Shown here piece by piece: positions 59,127 through 64,000 of a stretch of 64,000 bases of DNA. A model generated the notes under the pieces. The model did not search any database. It was not told where the DNA came from and saw only the letters and a program-made list of their open reading frames with translations. The stretch covers positions 111,166,001-111,230,000 of the forward strand of contig OZ024744.1 in assembly GCA_964016885.1 (NCBI GenBank). The letters run 5' to 3'. The position numbers were made by a program, and so were the translations under genes. Source of the DNA: Eledone cirrhosa. Its lineage: Eukaryota. Position 1 is the stretch's first letter, and every line of letters begins with the position of its first letter.

Positions 59127-59228
59127 GGTTAACTTTGCCTTTCGTCCTTACGGGATCGATAAAATAAAGTACCAGTAATGTACTGGAATAATTGCTGGCC
59201 TTGTGCCTAAAGTAGAAACAATTATTTT
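59111..59228 (+). mobile_element. 5'-truncated SINE (box B to tail)
   Basis: GTTCAAATCCCGCCGAGGTTAACTTTGCCTTTC...AAGTAGAAACAATTATTTT matches the other copies. Confidence 0.88.
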
Positions 59229-59294
59229 GCTTGTTTTTTACTTGGACTACCTTTAGTTTCTGTATTGTATCCCCTTTGTGATCCTGTCCCTATT

Positions 59295-59402
59295 TTCATA
59301 CACCTGAAGAAGGGCTAAAACCTGACACGTCGAACTTTCCTCTTATCCATATAAAGTGTGAATCTAATAAGACTTTTTATACCTCTGTTTGTTGACTCCT
59401 TG

Positions 59403-59438
<36 letters not shown>

Positions 59439-59630
59439 CAGGAAGAGGGTCTTAAAGTTTCGGACGCTAGTCCTTCAGAAGAAGAAAGAAAGAGAAATAA
59501 GATAGATTGAGGGGACGGGCGGGTTGGAATTGGAAAAAATGTCTTTATATATATATATATTAAAATAACAGATTAAAGTTTAAGCAAAGAATCACTGCTT
59601 TCACCCTTAACGGGATCTTCTGAAACTAAA
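59295..59630. mobile_element. Penelope-like terminal remnants with degenerate minimal hammerhead motifs next to (TA)n
   Basis: CTGAAGA-AGG..CCT-GACA-CGTC (+, 59304-59331), CTGAA-GGAC-TAGC-GTCC-GAAAC (-, 59457-59478) and CAGAAGA-TCCC..GGGT-GAAAGC (-, 59597-59622). (TA)n runs at 59406-59437 and about 59546-59560. Confidence 0.5.
59406..59437. repeat. (TA)16 microsatellite
   Basis: Direct reading. Confidence 0.97.
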
Positions 59631-59907
59631 AAAAAAATCAATCTGTGAACACACAAGTAAATATTTCGAGAAAACGTTACGACCGAAAGAAACCAGGAAG
59701 ACAATACTTTGGTTCGTGAAGACGTTCCCTGGCAATGAACGGAACAAAAGCGAAGATAATATGTCGTTATGTAGAGCAGTGAGAACAATTTCATGCAAAG
59801 ACAAAACCACGTTTATGGTATAAGTGGAGTCATTAGGCTAATATTCTATTTAGGAAACCAAAGGATTCTCAGCTCCGGAGTTGAGAATAATGTTAATAAA
59901 GTTGTTA

Positions 59908-60856
59908 AACGAAAATGAGGTTTATATATATCATTACATAAGTTGAACATGAGCTTATTATAGGCAGAATATTAAGTTAAGGGCAGATAAATCCAGGAGT
60001 AAGGTAAGTTGGTGGATTATAACTTGTGAGAATAAATAGCAGGTGAGGTAGCAAGATGGCAGAGGGAGAGAAAAGAGACAAGATTAATGAATGTGTGAAC
60101 GAAAATGAGGTTTATATATATCATTACATAAGTTGAACATGAGCTTATTATAGGCAGAATATTAAGTTAAGGGCAGATAAATCCAGGAGTAAGGTAAGTT
60201 GGTGGATTATAACTTGTGAGAATAAATAGCAGGTGAGGTAGCAAGATGGCAGAGGGAGAGAAAAGAGACAAGATTAATGAATGTGTGAACGAAAATGAGG
60301 TTTATATATATCATTACATAAGTTGAACATGAGCTTATTATAGGCAGAATATTAAGTTAAGGGCAGATAAATCCAGGAGTAAGGTAAGTTGGTGGATTAT
60401 AACTTGTGAGAATAAATAGCAGGTGAGGTAGCAAGATGGCAGAGGGAGAGAAAAGAGACAAGATTAATGAATGTGTGAACGAAAATGAGGTTTATATATA
60501 TCATTACATAAGTTGAACATGAGCTTATTATAGGCAGAATATTAAGTTAAGGGCAGATAAATCCAGGAGTAAGGTAAGTTGGTGGATTATAACTTGTGAG
60601 AATAAATAGCAGGTGAGGTAGCAAGATGGCAGAGGGAGAGAAAAGAGACAAGATTAATGAATGTGTGAACGAAAATGAGGTTTATATATATCATTACATA
60701 AGTTGAACATGAGCTTATTATAGGCAGAATATTAAGTTAAGGGCAGATAAATCCAGGAGTAAGGTAAGTTGGTGGATTATAACTTGTGAGAATAAATAGC
60801 AGGTGAGGTAGCAAGATGGCAGAGGGAGAGAAAAGAGACAAGATTAATGAATGTGT
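59908..60856. repeat. 190-bp tandem repeat, 5 copies, identical by eye
   Basis: GAAAATGAGG starts at 59911, 60101, 60291, 60481 and 60671. Confidence 0.97.
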
Positions 60857-61074
60857 AAGTAGACAACTCACAGCGATGTGTGATAATTAATGTGTGATGA
60901 ACATCTGCTTCAGTGTATATATATATATAATTGGTCCGGGTAGTGGTATTTGATAAACCTATATAATAGTACGTACACATACACTTATCTGCGGATGCAT
61001 GTATGCGGGCGTACGCACACATATATATTTTTGGATTGTGTGAGGGGGGGGTACGTACTGAGAGGTGTGTGTGA

Positions 61075-61872
61075 GAAGGGGTAGTGGGGGTAGTGGGTGG
61101 TGGGGGGAGGGGTAGTGGTGGTGGTGGTGGTGATAGTGGTGGAGGTAGCAGTGGTAGTCGTGGTGGTGGTGGTGGTGGTGGTGGTGGTGGTGGTGGTGGT
61201 GGTGGTGGTGGTAGTAGTGGTGGGAGTGGTAGTGGTGGTAGTGGTGGTGGTGGTGGTGGTGGTGGTGTTGGAGGTGGTGGTAGTATTAGTGGGGGGGTTA
61301 GATATGGTAGTAGTGGCGGTAGTAGTGGTGGAAGCGGTGGTAGAATTGACGGTGGTAGTGTTTAGTGGTAGTGTTGGTGTTGGTAGTAGTGTAGTTGTGT
61401 TGGTAGTAGTGAAGTAGTGTTGGTGTTGGTGTTGGTGGTAGTGTAGGTGGTAGTGTTGGTAATAGTGTAGTAGTGTAGTTGTGTTGGTGGTAGTGTTGGT
61501 AGTAGTGTAGTAGTGTAGTTGTGTTGGTGGTAGTGGTGGTGGTGGTGGTGGTGGTGGTGGTGGCGGCGGTGGTGGTGGTGGTGGTAGTATTAGTGGGGAG
61601 TAGAGATGGTAGTAGTGGTGGTAGTAGTGGTGGAAGTGGTGGTAGAATTGCCGGTGGTAGTGTTTAGTGGTAGTGGTAGTAGTGTTGGTGTTGGTAGTAG
61701 TGTAGTTGTGTTGGTAGTGGTAGTAATGTTGGTGTTGGTGTTGGTGGTAGTGTTGGTAGTAGTGTAGTAGTGTTGGTAGTAGTGTAGTAGTGTTGATAGT
61801 AGTGTAGATGTGTTGGTGGTAGTGTTGGTAGTAGTGTAGTAGTGTAGTAGTGTTGGTCGTAGTGTTGGTGTT
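61075..61872. repeat. Compound (GGT)n/(GTA)n/(GTAGT)n low-complexity repeat
   Basis: Long GGT runs at about 61160-61210 and 61530-61585, with an imperfect internal duplication (AGTATTAGTGGGG at about 61282 and 61586). Confidence 0.95.
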
Positions 61873-61964
61873 CCCAGACATCAGAAGTCAGGTAACAGAA
61901 ACATACAAGTCAGTAAACCATAGCAGTAAAATGTGTGCCATGGATATGAGAAACTGTGAATGAA

Positions 61965-62872
61965 ATAATTGTTTCTACTTTTGGCACAAGGCCAGCAAAA
62001 TACTCAGTACATTACTGGTATGAAATAACATACCAGAAGTGTTAATATAAGAATCTGATTTACTTTATTCTACTAAAGATAATTGTTTCTACTTTTGGCA
62101 CAAGGCCAGCAAATACCCAGTACATTACTGGTATGAAATAACATACCAGAAGTGTTAATATAAGAATCTGATTTACTTTATTCTACTAAAGATAATTGTT
62201 TCTACTTTTGGCACAAGGCCAGCAAAATACTCAGTACATTACTGGTATGAAATAACATACCAGAAGTGTTAATATAAGAATCTGATTTACTTTATTCTAC
62301 TAAAGATAATTGTTTCTACTTTTGGCACAAGGCCAGCAAATACCCAGTACATTACTGGTATGAAATAACATACCAGAAGTGTTAATATAAGAATCTGATT
62401 TACTTTATTCTACTAAAGATAATTGTTTCTACTTTTGGCACAAGGCCAGCAAATACCCAGTACATTACTGGTATGAAATAACATACCAGAAGTGTTAATA
62501 TAAGAATCTGATTTACTTTATTCTACTAAAGATAATTGTTTCTACTTTTGGCACAAGGCCAGCAAATACCCAGTACATTACTGGTATGAAATAACATACC
62601 AGAAGTGTTAATATAAGAATCTGATTTACTTTATTCTACTAAAGATAATTGTTTCTACTTTTGGCACAAGGCCAGCAAAATACTCAGTACATTACTGGTA
62701 TGAAATAACATACCAGAAGTGTTAATATAAGAATCTGATTTACTTTATTCTACTAAAGATAATTGTTTCTACTTTTGGCACAAGGCCAGCAAAATACCCA
62801 GTACATTACTGGTATGAAATAACATACCAGAAGTGTCAATATAAGAATCTGATTTACTTTATTCTACTAAAG
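61965..62872. repeat. 113/114-bp minisatellite, 8 units, each a SINE tail plus ~60 bp of flank
   Basis: Unit starts (ATAATTG) at 61965, 62079, 62192, 62306, 62419, 62532, 62645 and 62759. Confidence 0.96.
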
Positions 62873-63065
62873 ATAACTGTTTCTACTTTTGGCACAAGGC
62901 CAGCAAATACCCAGTACATTACTGGTACTTTATTTTATCGACCCCGGAAGGATGAAAAGCAAAGTTAACCTCGGCGGGATTTGAACTCAGATCATACAGG
63001 GACGTAACTCTATACTTCAAAGCATGGCATCCGGCCCTCTACCGATACTGCCAATCCACCGCCTT
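62873..63065 (-). mobile_element. Full-length tRNA-derived SINE
   Basis: Same head, boxes, body and tail as the other copies. 20-bp TSD TTTATTCTACTAAAGATAAC at 62858-62877 and 63066-63085. Confidence 0.92.
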
Positions 63066-63165
63066 TTTATTCTACTAAAGATAACGTTAGTATGAAGGAA
63101 ATAAGACAATGATTCCAATCACATAATATATTGTGCTGTGTGTGTTTGGTTTGGTAACATTATTT

Positions 63166-63360
63166 AAGGCGGTGGACTGGCAGTATCGGTAGAGGGTCGG
63201 ACGTTATGCTTTGACGCATAGAGTTACGGCCCTTGCCATTCTGAGTTCAAATCCCGCCAAGGTTAACTTTGCCTTTCATCCTTACGGGGTCGATAAAATA
63301 AAGTACCAGTAATGCACTGGGTAATTACTGGCCTTGTGCCAAAAGTAGAAACAATTATTT
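63166..63360 (+). mobile_element. Full-length tRNA-derived SINE
   Basis: AAGGCGGTGGACTGGCAGTATCGGTAG head (box A), GAGTTCAAATCCCGCC (box B), Meta-like body and tail AAACAATTATTT. Confidence 0.92.
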
Positions 63361-63556
63361 AAGGCGGTAGATTAGCAGTATCGGTAGAGGGTCGGACGCC
63401 ATGCTTTCCAGCATAGTTACGTCCCTTTACGATCTGAGTTCAAATCCCGCCGAGGTTGACTTTGCCTTTCATCCTTACGGGGTCGATAAAATAAAGTACC
63501 AGTAATGCACTGGGGGTTATTTGCTGGCCTTGTGCCTAAAGTAGAAACAATTATTT
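63361..63556 (+). mobile_element. Second full-length SINE, head-to-tail with the previous copy
   Basis: Starts AAGGCGGTAG immediately after the previous tail and differs from it at many positions. Confidence 0.92.
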
Positions 63557-63740
63557 ATAAATGCTAAGTTAAGTGATACCTTTGTAAAAGCAATATTACA
63601 GGTGGGAATGGTCTTTAAAGATATGTATCTGGCGTAGAATCAAGAAAAATGACTATTTTCCTGTTGATCTAAATTTTAAGTCCTTTTTTATAACTTATAT
63701 GGCCAGAATTTTTAGAAAGTTCTTAATGTGTGCAAAACTA

Positions 63741-63836
63741 TCAAGGATCGGTCTCCACAGCCACCTTCGTGCCCACGGCAGACGGGAACTAAAATAAAGA
63801 AGATGTCATCATCGTTTACTATGGACAACCAAGATG
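63741..63836 (+). mobile_element. 3' terminal fragment of an RTE-clade LINE
   Basis: Encodes SRIGLHSHLRAHGRRELK-stop, resembling the RTE C-terminal zinc-finger half, followed by a short UTR GTCATCATCG..ATGGACAACCAAG. Confidence 0.65.
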
Positions 63837-64000
63837 TGGATGTAAACTCAGATCTATATATAGTTAAAATATAGAGAAGAAAGATTTATTGATAAAGGAA
63901 ACAAATCCATTTCCTTTGCATATCCAAAGGTAGGGTGACTATTCTACTACTTGATAGACTGCCAGTGACTAGTATGTGCCCTATTTTGCTGAATATTTTT

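Noticed and set aside
60985-61881. 298-aa Thr/Pro/His-rich ORF and overlapping poly-Gly and poly-Val ORFs
   Set aside because: These are translations of a trinucleotide microsatellite, open in several frames, with no domain evidence.
63166-63260. tRNA gene
   Set aside because: The tRNA-like head runs into the SINE body and tail and recurs in diverged dispersed copies, some with TSDs.

Overview
Eukaryotic repeat-only window with no intact host gene. The SINE family resembles octopod cephalopod tRNA/Meta-domain SINEs; this is from recall, not a search. Bases 1-53160 are a single 44-bp satellite array (about 1,200 monomers, consensus AGTAAAACTACACAATCCACTATAACTTACCTTGCCCTGAACAC) with nested higher-order duplications and two variant domains. 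The last 11 kb is a nest of decayed retroelements: a Tx1/L1-type LINE (minus strand), a CRE-type RLE retrotransposon fragment, several tRNA-derived SINEs, Penelope-like hammerhead remnants, an RTE 3' end, 190-bp and 113/114-bp tandem repeats and a (GGT/GTA)n microsatellite. The most notable signals are: (i) a ~470-bp TSD-flanked non-coding insert with an HDV-like ribozyme fold at its 5' end and a stem-loop plus (TAGAT)n tail; (ii) on the minus strand the satellite monomer reads as 3' splice site / 6-nt micro-exon / consensus 5' splice site; (iii) a minisatellite apparently born from two adjacent SINE tails. All calls were made by eye, with no database search or folding program.
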